A DNA stretch of 64,000 bases from Chryseobacterium gleum (GCA_945903645.1 CAMDOM010000002.1:36237-100236); one strand, 5' to 3'; counted from the stretch's first letter, positions 19,227 through 28,857 are shown. Notes: generated by a model from the sequence alone, not told the origin. Numbers and translations are program-made.

Positions 19227-20228
19227 CTATTTAATCAAGGGAATAACTACCAAAAAAGGGTCAAACACTTGAGAAACGTACAGGCTATCGCCAACAATGA
19301 GGCCAGTAGAAGAAGCACTAAACACATGGCCATTATCCAAAAATAGGGTATCTAGCTTCCGTGTTTTCATATCCACGCTGTGCACCATAGACGGAGACTT
19401 ATTCTCCGATTTCTTCACATGCCCCAAAAATTTCAAAAAATCCAAATGTGCGGCTGTTATCACTTTTCCATTACTAAAGGTGATGTTGTCTGCACCTTTT
19501 ATGGCCGGCAAGTCCACGCGGTTGGTCAAACCACTTGGTTCAATCGTGTAGGAATGGATGGTTTTCTCCTGAGTTCCTGTAACGTAAAGCCTATTGTCCA
19601 ATACCCCTACTCCATTTGCATAGGCCAACTTATCGCCCACTTGTTTCCATGTTGTTCCGTCAAAATGCATGATGTAGCTGCGTTTCAGTGCCCATAGTTT
19701 CTCCCAATTGCTTCCTTTCTTGCCGCTATCGTTGCTCACATATAGTCCACCGCGATGGTCGGTACACACGTCATTGGGCGATGTCACCAAAGGATTATAC
19801 AACGCATTCACAAATTGAAGCGAATTCTCTTGCAGCTGAAACACCAAAACTCCATGCAAATCGCGCTTGCTATCGTGGTTCACGGCATACAAAAACGTAT
19901 TGTTTCCTATCTGCGCCATATCAATGCCATGCGGCCTCAATTGCAGGCTATCGGGCAATCCCTCAATGGTCAACCGAATCTGCTTACCTGTAGAAATGGT
20001 GTAGGCGTAGAATCCATTTCTCGAGGAATCTTCGAGTCGCCTTTCGGTGGATGAAATAACAATTCGGGGATAACCCAAGCTAGTATCTAGCGCAATATCC
20101 TCTGGACCAGGCCCAGTGGCAATTACACGATACGGTTTACTAAAGGTGCCATAGTTTTTGCATGCAGAAATTGACATGCCAACTAGCGCAAGAATCAGAA
20201 ATTTAGAGCAATTCAAAAAGTTTCGCAA
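19227..20228 (-). CDS. Arylesterase/paraoxonase-like six-bladed beta-propeller lipoprotein (SMP-30/gluconolactonase clan)
   Basis: Lipobox ISAC; GPED, PHGI, VNH, PND, ANG, DN metal-ligand motifs. Confidence 0.82.
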   Translation of the reverse strand: MRNFLNCSKFLILALVGMSISACKNYGTFSKPYRVIATGPGPEDIALDTSLGYPRIVISSTERRLEDSSRNGFYAYTISTGKQIRLTIEGLPDSLQLRPHGIDMAQIGNNTFLYAVNHDSKRDLHGVLVFQLQENSLQFVNALYNPLVTSPNDVCTDHRGGLYVSNDSGKKGSNWEKLWALKRSYIMHFDGTTWKQVGDKLAYANGVGVLDNRLYVTGTQEKTIHSYTIEPSGLTNRVDLPAIKGADNITFSNGKVITAAHLDFLKFLGHVKKSENKSPSMVHSVDMKTRKLDTLFLDNGHVFSASSTGLIVGDSLYVSQVFDPFLVVIPLIK

Positions 20229-20889
20229 TGGCTTGATTTACGTTCGTGTGAACTTCAGAAATAGATGCTTCCATCATATAGCATGGAGCGCTTATTATTC
20301 GATTTTCTATATCAACGGCAAGTTCTCGAATAGAACGCATCTCCGATACCGCACCCATTTTTTCCAATCCACCGCCAATGGCAGCAATGTCGTAAGGAGA
20401 AGCTTCGGTGGTGTTTCCTACCGAAAGATGCGGATGAATTCCACTTCCTTCCAACGCTTTCGCAATCACTGTGGGCCCCATACACAAACCAACCAATGGT
20501 TTTTTGGCAGCGGTCATTTCAAGAATAATGCGTTTAACTTCTTCCTGTATTGTTCCATCAGGCCCATCAAATGCCCACGAAGTCAAATTTTTGGCAGCCC
20601 CAAACCCACCGGGAATAACCAATGCATCCAAATCAGCCTCCGTTATAGCTGCAAGGTTTTGAATGTCACCACGAGCAATACGCGCAGCTTCTACCAACAC
20701 ATTTCTATTTTCGCTTATCTCCGCACCACTAATGTGATCTACCACATGATGCTGCTGCACATCGGGTGCCACACAAATGGCCTTGCCCCCATTTTGGTCA
20801 ATCGCCAAAAGCGTAAATACTGATTCTTGTATTTCAGAACCATCATACACACCGCAACCTGACAATAATACTCCTATTCTCTTTTTCAT
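20203..20889 (-). CDS. elbB: ElbB/ES1 glyoxalase, DJ-1/PfpI family (start at MKKRIG)
   Basis: LSGCGVYDGSEIQE, RNVLVEAARIARG, PGGFGAAKNL, APCYM. Confidence 0.9.
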   Translation of the reverse strand: MKKRIGVLLSGCGVYDGSEIQESVFTLLAIDQNGGKAICVAPDVQQHHVVDHISGAEISENRNVLVEAARIARGDIQNLAAITEADLDALVIPGGFGAAKNLTSWAFDGPDGTIQEEVKRIILEMTAAKKPLVGLCMGPTVIAKALEGSGIHPHLSVGNTTEASPYDIAAIGGGLEKMGAVSEMRSIRELAVDIENRIISAPCYMMEASISEVHTNVNQAIAKLFELL

Positions 20890-20968
20890 AACTAAACAGT
20901 TAAAACGCACTTTTTACTTTCAAACTAAAGCGAAACCAAAGATGTAAACGAACCGATTCATTTGCCAC

Positions 20969-21006
20969 AAAAAAAAACTGCTCACCGAAATATCGGAGAG
21001 CAGTTT
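20969..21006 (-). terminator. Rho-independent terminator of the small lipoprotein gene
   Basis: AAACTGCTC.CCGA-aata-TCGG.GAGCAGTTT stem with A9 run (U-tract on minus strand). Confidence 0.75.
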
Positions 21007-21055
21007 CTAATTGCTTTTTAAGTTATTGAATCTAGCATTTCTGCTAGAAGTCAAA

Positions 21056-21235
21056 TTACTCAGCTACTACAGCAGTTGTGTCAACAGCAACTTCTTCAAC
21101 AACTGGAGCTTCTTCAACAACTGGAGCAGCTTCTTCCACTACTGGAGCTTCTTCAGCAGCTGGCTCAGTTCCGCATGAAGCGAAGAACAATGTTGAACAT
21201 ACAGTAGCAACTAGGAAAAGGTTAAATTTTTTCAT
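21056..21235 (-). CDS. 59-aa acidic Ala/Glu/Val/Pro-rich lipoprotein (absent from ORF track)
   Basis: MKKFNLFLVATVCSTLFFASC-GTEPAAEEAPVVEEAAPVVEEAPVVEEVAVDTTAVVAE; own promoter and terminator. Confidence 0.85.
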   Translation of the reverse strand: MKKFNLFLVATVCSTLFFASCGTEPAAEEAPVVEEAAPVVEEAPVVEEVAVDTTAVVAE

Positions 21236-21272
21236 TTTGTTTGGTTGGTTTGTTTGGGTTTAGATTCGGGTA

Positions 21273-21280
21273 CAAATGTA
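21273..21280 (-). promoter_or_regulatory. -7 promoter element of small lipoprotein gene
   Basis: TACATTTG on minus strand. Confidence 0.6.
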
Positions 21281-21624
21281 TATATCGAAAGTGTTCAAAA
21301 CTCATTTCTAAAATATGTTAAAAAATTTTATTTAAACTGATTTTCAATTAGTTACACATCTTATCAAGATATTAACAGACCTCGTTTCGCAAAAAGACCA
21401 CTATTATCAAATTTGAACACTGTCGAAATGACCAAACTTTAGAATATATAAATCAAGCCAACCCAAGCTAAGAAGCAAACATTAGTCAAGTTAATTACCC
21501 ATTTGTTCAACTTTAAAAAAACTACTCCCATACTATCAATCAGGTTAGTTTAAATCAATGGTGAAATTGCCAATCAATCAATTGGTTCTTAAATCCCTTA
21601 TTTTGGGCATCCAAACCAAATCGC

Positions 21625-24588
21625 GTGAAATTCATTTCCCTACTCACAATTCTTGCAATTCCACTTGTGAGTTTAGGGCAAAACTATTTTCAGCAGCGTG
21701 CGGATCATGATATTCAGGTATCTCTAGATGATGAGCGACATGAACTGCAAGCGTTTCAAACAATTACCTACACCAACAATTCGCCTGACACGCTCTTGGA
21801 ACTTTGGTTTCATCTGTGGCCTAATGCCTACCAACGCGGCACAGCACTCAATCATCAAATGCGTGAATCTGGAGATGTTTCCCTGTTTTATTCCAAAGCA
21901 GAAGATCGTGGTCTTATAGATAGTCTTGACTTTAGAGTGAATGGTGTCCCTATCAAAACGCGACCACATTCCAAGCATACGGACATCCTGCTAGTGCAAT
22001 TATCCGCTCCATTGCCACCGCAATCAATTATCCAGATAACTACGCCATTTCGGGTGGATATTCCCAAGGGCATCTTTTCGAGATTGGGGCATCTTGGGCA
22101 AGCATATCAAATCACCCAATGGTTTCCGAAGCCCGCGGTATACGACCACAAAGGCTGGCACGCTATGCCCTACTTGGGTCAAGGCGAGTTTTATTCCGAA
22201 TTTGGAACCTATGACGTGCATCTCACCGTGCCTAAAAACTATGTGGTTGGCGCCACTGGCGACCTAATAAATGGCGAAGCAGAAATTGCATGGCTCTCAG
22301 AGAAAGCCAAGAAAACCGCTGCAATAGAAACATTCGACTATAGCGACCTCGATTTCCCTAAATCGGATAACGAAACTAAGGCCCTGCACTTTCACCAAGA
22401 AAACGTGCATGATTTTGCATGGTTTGCCGACAAACGCTACCATGTATTAAAGGGTGAAGTGGAATTGCCCATTTCAAAACGCAAGGTCACTACGTGGGCG
22501 ATGTTCACCAACAACGAAGCCGATTTATGGAAAAACTCCATTGAGTATCTTAATGATGCCACGCTGTTTTATTCTCAAAAAGTGGGAGAATACCCTTACA
22601 ACCATGTAACGGCAGTAGATGGAGTGCTATCTGAAGGCGGAGGAATGGAATATCCCAACATTACGATAATTGGAGAATCGGGCAGCGCCAAAGAACTTGA
22701 AACCACCATTATGCACGAGGTGGGGCACAATTGGTTCTATGGAATGCTAGCTAGTAATGAACGCACCCATCCGTGGATGGACGAGGGCATGAACAGCTTT
22801 ATTGAAGCCCGCTACATGCGCAACAAATATCCCAATTTAAAACTGCGCGATTCATTTTTGCGCGGAAAATTGGTGCATGCAGCCTTGCGTATTCTTGGCA
22901 TTTACGACCTTGAACACCAAGAAGTGAATCGCTTGACCTATCGTTTCTCTGCCCGCGAAAATTCAGACCAACCCATGGAACTTCCTTCAACGGAATTCTC
23001 AACCATGAACTATGGAACCATCGTTTATCAAAAATCGGCAGCGGTGCTTGGCTACTTGCAAGCCTATTTGGGTGAGGCGAAAATGGATTCTATCATGCAC
23101 CGTTATTTCCGCACATGGCGCTACAAACATCCCTATCCAGAAGATTTTAGACAGGTGGCAATGGCAGTGGCAAACGATTCGCTTTCGTGGTTTTTTGATG
23201 GGCTTGTTGGGTCAAATGCCAAATTAAACTACGCGATAACCAATGCTCACCTTCTTGATGATTCTATTAAAGTGAAGGTGCGCAATGCTGGGCAAATAGT
23301 GGCACCATTCCCTATTTCGGTAATGAAAAACGATAGCGTTCAACATGTTTCATGGTTTGATGGCCTTTCCAAAAAAGGATGGGTAACGGTGCCTTGCGAT
23401 AGTTGCGATGCTGTTTTGCTCGATGCCAATTATTCCATTCCAGACCTCAACCCGAAGAATAATATACTGCCATTACCGGGGCATGGCCGCGATTATCGCC
23501 CATTAAAAGCACATTTTCTGGGTTTTGTAGAAACGGACGAACAAAGCCATATAGCTTTTGCTCCTATTCTTGGTGGCAATGTGAATGATGGAGTTATGCT
23601 GGGCGCGGCCATCTACAACGACCTTTTGCCCAAAAATCGGTTTAGTTATACGCTAATGCCCATGTATGCATTTGGAAGCAAAGGTTTGACGGGTATGGCC
23701 GATTTGCATTACACCGTATATCACCAAAAAGGTCCTTCCGTGCGCTTTCGCCTTCAAGGGCAGCGGTTTACAATTGACCAAACCAAATCTCAATACGGAT
23801 TACCTGGCAATATTATTCGACCTGAGGTATTGCTCACTTTCGGGTCAAAGAACTTGCGGAAGAACATTTCGCATGCAATAAGAGCCCGAGCCAATATTTT
23901 CTTTGAGGAAAACTCATCAAAGTCTGAACCTGTTATACCTCAATTGACGTATGTGTTTAAGCATGCGCTTGCTCCGCATTCAACCAAAGTAACTTTAGAT
24001 GTGCAATGGGTAGCACAGACTCCAAAATTTAACATCGAGGCCATCTACAATTTTGCATACAAACGTAGCAGAGGCTTGCGCATTCGATATTTCCTTGGAG
24101 TGATGCCCATTCCATCTTCAATTACCTACAATTTTCGAATGAACAGCCATCGCGGCTATCAAGACTATTTGCACGAAGGCGCCTTCTTAGGCCGTCACGA
24201 AACCAAAGGCTTCTTTTCGCAGCAAATGATTGAGGCCGATGGCGGGTTCAAAACCTACATGAACATTGGCGCATCTAATAATTGGCTTACCGCGCTAAAC
24301 ATAAGTTCCACCCTTTACCGAAAAATTCCTATTGAACTTTTTCTGAGTATCGGTGCATCAGCCAACACCGGCAGTGCTTTTCCTGGTTCCGAAACATTTT
24401 TGGTGGAATTTGGTGCAAGCGTCAACGTAATTCCAAACGTGCTAGCCGTGCATTTCCCATTTCTATTTTCTACAGATGTAAAAAACAATGTGGAGCTGAA
24501 TACCAAAAACTATTGGGAGCGCATCCGATTCACATTTAACATCAACGAAATAAAGCCGCGTCAACGAATAAAAGAGATGTTTAGGTAG
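21625..24588 (+). CDS. M1 family zinc aminopeptidase with long beta-rich C-terminal region
   Basis: QWFPKPAVYD, GGMEYP, HEVGHNWF, WMDEG, Y.K; C-terminal third has alternating aromatic beta strands. Confidence 0.9.
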   Translation: MKFISLLTILAIPLVSLGQNYFQQRADHDIQVSLDDERHELQAFQTITYTNNSPDTLLELWFHLWPNAYQRGTALNHQMRESGDVSLFYSKAEDRGLIDSLDFRVNGVPIKTRPHSKHTDILLVQLSAPLPPQSIIQITTPFRVDIPKGIFSRLGHLGQAYQITQWFPKPAVYDHKGWHAMPYLGQGEFYSEFGTYDVHLTVPKNYVVGATGDLINGEAEIAWLSEKAKKTAAIETFDYSDLDFPKSDNETKALHFHQENVHDFAWFADKRYHVLKGEVELPISKRKVTTWAMFTNNEADLWKNSIEYLNDATLFYSQKVGEYPYNHVTAVDGVLSEGGGMEYPNITIIGESGSAKELETTIMHEVGHNWFYGMLASNERTHPWMDEGMNSFIEARYMRNKYPNLKLRDSFLRGKLVHAALRILGIYDLEHQEVNRLTYRFSARENSDQPMELPSTEFSTMNYGTIVYQKSAAVLGYLQAYLGEAKMDSIMHRYFRTWRYKHPYPEDFRQVAMAVANDSLSWFFDGLVGSNAKLNYAITNAHLLDDSIKVKVRNAGQIVAPFPISVMKNDSVQHVSWFDGLSKKGWVTVPCDSCDAVLLDANYSIPDLNPKNNILPLPGHGRDYRPLKAHFLGFVETDEQSHIAFAPILGGNVNDGVMLGAAIYNDLLPKNRFSYTLMPMYAFGSKGLTGMADLHYTVYHQKGPSVRFRLQGQRFTIDQTKSQYGLPGNIIRPEVLLTFGSKNLRKNISHAIRARANIFFEENSSKSEPVIPQLTYVFKHALAPHSTKVTLDVQWVAQTPKFNIEAIYNFAYKRSRGLRIRYFLGVMPIPSSITYNFRMNSHRGYQDYLHEGAFLGRHETKGFFSQQMIEADGGFKTYMNIGASNNWLTALNISSTLYRKIPIELFLSIGASANTGSAFPGSETFLVEFGASVNVIPNVLAVHFPFLFSTDVKNNVELNTKNYWERIRFTFNINEIKPRQRIKEMFR

Positions 24589-24616
24589 AGATAGTAAATT
24601 ACTCCAACCACAAACT

Positions 24617-26707
24617 CTATTCCCCAGGATGATAAATCCTCTCCGCGTGCTTTTCAATTTCAGCGCGGTCAAATGTCATGGGTTTGTATTGCTCTTTGGT
24701 AAATAGCTCCATTTGATCGGTGTAGTGCTTGCTCCCTGAATGTGAAGATGCCCCAAATGCATTTATACTTTCGATGGATGGCCCATCTTTAGAGAACCTC
24801 ACCTTTTGGATGTAACCATCGCCATTCACAATTCGAAATAGTCCCTTTTTCTTATCGTAAAGTTTTGCATCAGCAGCGCGAGGAACCTCTCTTAGTCCAT
24901 GAGCTGGAAAGCTGACCTCACCCTTTTGATGACGTTGCACCTCGCCCAGCGCCACATCTAGGGTTCCATGCGTTTTGAGTAAAAACTTCTTGGCTTTTCG
25001 TATGGCATCGACAGCTTCGAGCTCATTAATTTTTTGCTTTCGAATCATTAATAAACCAAATGGTACATCAGCAGCCAATCTCAAATTATCATGAACAATC
25101 ATTGCTAAAGCAGCATCTTCATTATCTGCATCGCCCCTCTTACTCCAATGTTTTAGCTTAGCAATAGCATCCGATATGTCGGGATATATAGTTGCATCCA
25201 AATTATACAAAGCAGCAAATCTATCTGCATAACTACCACTTGGATGATAAGAAGTGTTGTATTTGTAACTTTCCACTTGAGCTTCAGAAAACTTACCTTC
25301 ATGTTCCTTAAATAAAGAACCAAACACCTCTCCCCTATTATATTCAAACGTTTGAATTCCTGGGAAATCAGTTTGGATAGCACAGCTATCTCCAGTGCAA
25401 TGCAATGGCGTATTGTTGGCATTGTAGATATATCCACAATCAGGGTTTTCTGTATGTGGCATTTTATCAAATGGGATAATTCCTTCCCATTTATATGCCG
25501 ATGTATTTGCGGTTATGGGCAATGTCCAATCTAAATTTGGATTGCGATTTGGTATTTTCCCTGCCGAATGGAGCAAAATATTTCCTTGCTTGTCGCCATA
25601 CACCACATTGAACAATGGGAGCGCCTGCATTTTAAGAGCAGTTTTAAATGACTCCAAATCGGTCGCTTTGTTCATTCTATACCACTGCTCTGCTGCGCGA
25701 ATATCCGTGTAGCTAGGAAACCGGAACGCATAACTGCCATACTTCTTGGCTTTGTAAACTGGGCCATAGGTAGAAATCTGAACTTTTTTGCTGACTGGAA
25801 TACGCATACCTGCAATTTTCACTTTCATCTTGGCTTTCTTCACATAGAAATCATGCCATTGCCCATCGTATTTGTATTGGTTTTTGTTTTTTGGGTTGAT
25901 TTCCAGTTTGTAGGCATCTCCAAACACATGATAATTTACGGTGTGCGCCCAACCCAAATGACGATTTGTTCCTACAAAAATGGTCATGCCTCCAGGAAAC
26001 AATCCTCCAATTATATCCCATCCTTCTTGGCTTGCCACATGCGCTTCATACCAAGCGACACGGCCTTCAAGCGGTTGATGCGAATTAATGCTGAGATAAC
26101 CCATGCCATCTGTCATCCGAGATGGCGCCACGGAAATAGCATTGCTTCCAACAGTATTCACAGAAAAAAATTCATGCAGTCTATTCTCATTAACCGCCTT
26201 GAGCGTAAGACCCACACCAGCCATAAGTGATGTATTGAGCACATAACCTTTCACCAAATCTTGAGCGGTGAATGGCAATGAATTCTTTCGAAGCACTTCC
26301 TTGGGGTGTGCCGTTGCATAGGCATTCAATCCCTGCGTGTAAGCTTCCAATACCTTTCTGTAATCGGGAGATAGGTCAAGTTCGTATCGAGCATCTACCA
26401 ACGAATCAATACTTAACAACTGTAACCCAAAGTCAAACAAAACGCCCTCTTTCCCCAACACTTCGCCCAACATTCGTTTCCCAGTAAGAATATTATGTTG
26501 AATATGTTCGAAATCATCTTCAGAATGCGCCCAAGCTAATCCATATGCCGCATCAGCATCTGTAATTCCATAGATGTGAGGCACGCCAAATGTGTCGCGA
26601 ATAATGGTAACATCTTGAGGATTGATTTGACCGCTACAGTTATTGTATACCATTAATATCCAAAGACTAATGGCAATAACTACTCGGGCGAACTGAATAG
26701 AATACAT
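24617..26707 (-). CDS. Penicillin acylase family Ntn hydrolase (S45)
   Basis: RDTFGVPHIYG, GSN autocleavage site, NSHQP, WYEAH, N.NN, HYTDQ. Confidence 0.92.
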   Translation of the reverse strand: MYSIQFARVVIAISLWILMVYNNCSGQINPQDVTIIRDTFGVPHIYGITDADAAYGLAWAHSEDDFEHIQHNILTGKRMLGEVLGKEGVLFDFGLQLLSIDSLVDARYELDLSPDYRKVLEAYTQGLNAYATAHPKEVLRKNSLPFTAQDLVKGYVLNTSLMAGVGLTLKAVNENRLHEFFSVNTVGSNAISVAPSRMTDGMGYLSINSHQPLEGRVAWYEAHVASQEGWDIIGGLFPGGMTIFVGTNRHLGWAHTVNYHVFGDAYKLEINPKNKNQYKYDGQWHDFYVKKAKMKVKIAGMRIPVSKKVQISTYGPVYKAKKYGSYAFRFPSYTDIRAAEQWYRMNKATDLESFKTALKMQALPLFNVVYGDKQGNILLHSAGKIPNRNPNLDWTLPITANTSAYKWEGIIPFDKMPHTENPDCGYIYNANNTPLHCTGDSCAIQTDFPGIQTFEYNRGEVFGSLFKEHEGKFSEAQVESYKYNTSYHPSGSYADRFAALYNLDATIYPDISDAIAKLKHWSKRGDADNEDAALAMIVHDNLRLAADVPFGLLMIRKQKINELEAVDAIRKAKKFLLKTHGTLDVALGEVQRHQKGEVSFPAHGLREVPRAADAKLYDKKKGLFRIVNGDGYIQKVRFSKDGPSIESINAFGASSHSGSKHYTDQMELFTKEQYKPMTFDRAEIEKHAERIYHPGE

Positions 26708-26922
26708 GAAAGTAAAGATTTGGCGAAAGGTAAAAGTTATGGAGATACCAACGCATCCCCTCAGAACCTTAAAAATAAACGATAGCGGATAGCACGTGAT
26801 GTTCTTTATAAATTTTAAATAACATAGTAAGTTTCTGTTTTTTTTGTTCTAAAGGAGAAATACTTCCGCAGCTCAACAACTTTTGTATCCATTTTTATGT
26901 TTATCTGTTAAACAAATTTAAA

Positions 26923-27609
26923 ATGAAACCCACATCACTGACAAAACTTTTTTCCGGATTATTTCTAGTATTATCCTTTACCAGCTGTACTATATTTAAT
27001 GAGATTTCGATAAATGATGCGGATTACCAGCCGTATGATGCTATTATCGTCCCTGGATTTCCATTTAACGATAAAGAAGGAAAGATGAACACTTTTCAAC
27101 GTATGCGTCTTTTCTGGGCACTTCATCTTTACGAAACTGGAGAGACCCAGTATATAATAGTTTCAGGAAACGCAGTTCATTCTCCCTATGTGGAGGCTGA
27201 GATATTCGCCATTTTCTTAACTGAATTGGGCGTGAATCCAAAACACATTATCATTGAAAATCGGTCAGAACATAGCACTGAGAATGTATTTTATTCTTTA
27301 GAGTTGGCAAAAAATTTAGACTTAAAAAGCGTGGCGGTTGCTACTGACCCCATGCAAACGAAAATGATAGCCTACCTGATGCGAAATATGGATGTTAAAG
27401 TAGATTATCTTCCCAGCGATTTGAAAATGATTTCCACCAAATACCAAACTAAGTTTGACCACACCATAGACGGTTCACCCGCTTTTGTTAGCAACTTTGT
27501 GTCACTGAAAGAACGTGAAAGCAGAAAACTAAGGATGCAGGGAACGCGAGGTGAGCGCTACCTTAAAAGTCTAGAAGAAGAACGAACAACTCAAGCCTAT
27601 TCAAACTAA
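26923..27609 (+). CDS. YdcF/ElyC/SanA (DUF218) family lipoprotein
   Basis: Lipobox FTSC; AIIVPG, SG.AVH.PYVEA, E.RSEHSTEN. Confidence 0.85.
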   Translation: MKPTSLTKLFSGLFLVLSFTSCTIFNEISINDADYQPYDAIIVPGFPFNDKEGKMNTFQRMRLFWALHLYETGETQYIIVSGNAVHSPYVEAEIFAIFLTELGVNPKHIIIENRSEHSTENVFYSLELAKNLDLKSVAVATDPMQTKMIAYLMRNMDVKVDYLPSDLKMISTKYQTKFDHTIDGSPAFVSNFVSLKERESRKLRMQGTRGERYLKSLEEERTTQAYSN

Positions 27610-27668
27610 CTTTGCTTTTGATTACCGCTCAATCTTGCTTTCGGAGATTTAAAAAAGATTAATCCATT

Positions 27669-28361
27669 ATGATTCAGTTGTTTTATTGGCATCTTTTCGC
27701 AATAATCTCAATTTCTATCGCTTCGTGTGGAAATACCGAAAAAGCGTTTGATGAGTCCAGGAATAAAATGCCATTTGATGTAATAGTTGTTCCTGGGGTT
27801 CCATTTGACACAGCTTGGAGCAATGTTATGCGTACTCGTGTTTTATGGAGTTACCATCTTTATAAAAACGGATTTACCAAAAATGTAATCTATTCTGGAA
27901 GTGCAGTGTATACGCCATTTGTGGAGTCAAGAATTATGGCTTTGTATGCTATCGAATTAGGCATTCCTAAAGAACATGTTTTCACTGAAGAAAAAGCTGA
28001 ACACAGTACCGAAAACATCTATTACAGCTACTATTTAGCAAAGAATTTAGGATTTAATCGCATCGCCCTAACTACAGACCCCTTTCAGAGTGCGATGCTG
28101 AAGTCCTTCGTGAAAGCCAAAAATTTGGATATTCAGTTGGTTCCTGCAAATTTCGATACGGTTAAAACGTTGTATTCCAGTATCAATATTTCAATCGACC
28201 CAACTTGGGCCAAAGTAGAACAATTTACGGCTTTGCCAGAACGAGAAACATTTTGGAAACGTCTTAGAGGAACGATGGGAAAGAACCTAAAGTTTTCCCC
28301 TGAAGAAATTAGCGATAGTGTTATGCGCTACGAAACGGTGTGGATTCCTTTTGAGGAATAG
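27669..28361 (+). CDS. YdcF/ElyC/SanA (DUF218) family lipoprotein, tandem paralogue
   Basis: Lipobox IASC; VIVVPG, SGSAVYTPFVES, EEKAEHSTEN. Confidence 0.85.
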   Translation: MIQLFYWHLFAIISISIASCGNTEKAFDESRNKMPFDVIVVPGVPFDTAWSNVMRTRVLWSYHLYKNGFTKNVIYSGSAVYTPFVESRIMALYAIELGIPKEHVFTEEKAEHSTENIYYSYYLAKNLGFNRIALTTDPFQSAMLKSFVKAKNLDIQLVPANFDTVKTLYSSINISIDPTWAKVEQFTALPERETFWKRLRGTMGKNLKFSPEEISDSVMRYETVWIPFEE

Positions 28362-28447
28362 TCCTTTTGAACTAAAATTCTTGATTCTTCCCCGGCAGTA
28401 TCTGCGTAATTCAGGCAGTATTTTTATGTGGTGCACGTAGAGAAAAT

Positions 28448-28842
28448 GTGAAACGTACTTTTCGAATAGCTTTGGGAGAAATTTCGCTAGTATATGAAGA
28501 GTTAATCTATTTTAATTTTTATCCAACCAGTAAAATTAGTCTTTATATTATAAAGTTATATAACAGTATGTTTTCGAATGTTGCCCGTACGTTATGACAG
28601 GCGATTTAGTGGATTACAAAGAAGCGCGAGATTAGCTCACCCAACGAAACAATGAATGGGGTATTACTATTTCAATGGCGGTGATTTCAAACTCTTTTTC
28701 TTCGAAACTTATAGTAAATCTTTGTCTTACTATAAGTCGACCTACATATCCAATTCGGATATTTTCAAACTATGCTGATGCAGAACAATGGTCTAGAAAA
28801 AACCATGCTGCTTACTCTGCTAGCGCAGAAATTATTGGTTAA
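28448..28842 (+). pseudogene. Decayed STAS/SEC14-like (SpoIIAA-like) small protein gene
   Basis: 28594-28842 reads ...KEARD*LTQ...MAVISNSFSSKLIVNL..TISRPTYPIRIFSNYADAEQW with TAG at 28633; probable N-terminus from GTG 28448 in another frame. Confidence 0.55.
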
Positions 28843-28857
28843 TCTCTTTTGAGCAAA

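Noticed and set aside
20158-20823. 221-aa plus-strand ORF
   Set aside because: Antisense to the well-supported elbB; no motifs
21078-21263. Plus-strand STTGA-repeat ORF, or a mini CRISPR-like repeat
   Set aside because: It is the reverse complement of the EEAPVV lipoprotein repeats; no spacers or cas genes
18647-28842. Amber (TAG) recoding, since TAG sits at expected Tyr positions in two pseudogenes
   Set aside because: The same barrel gene also has TAA and TGA stops, and intact genes here end normally at TAG; TAY to TAG is a single substitution
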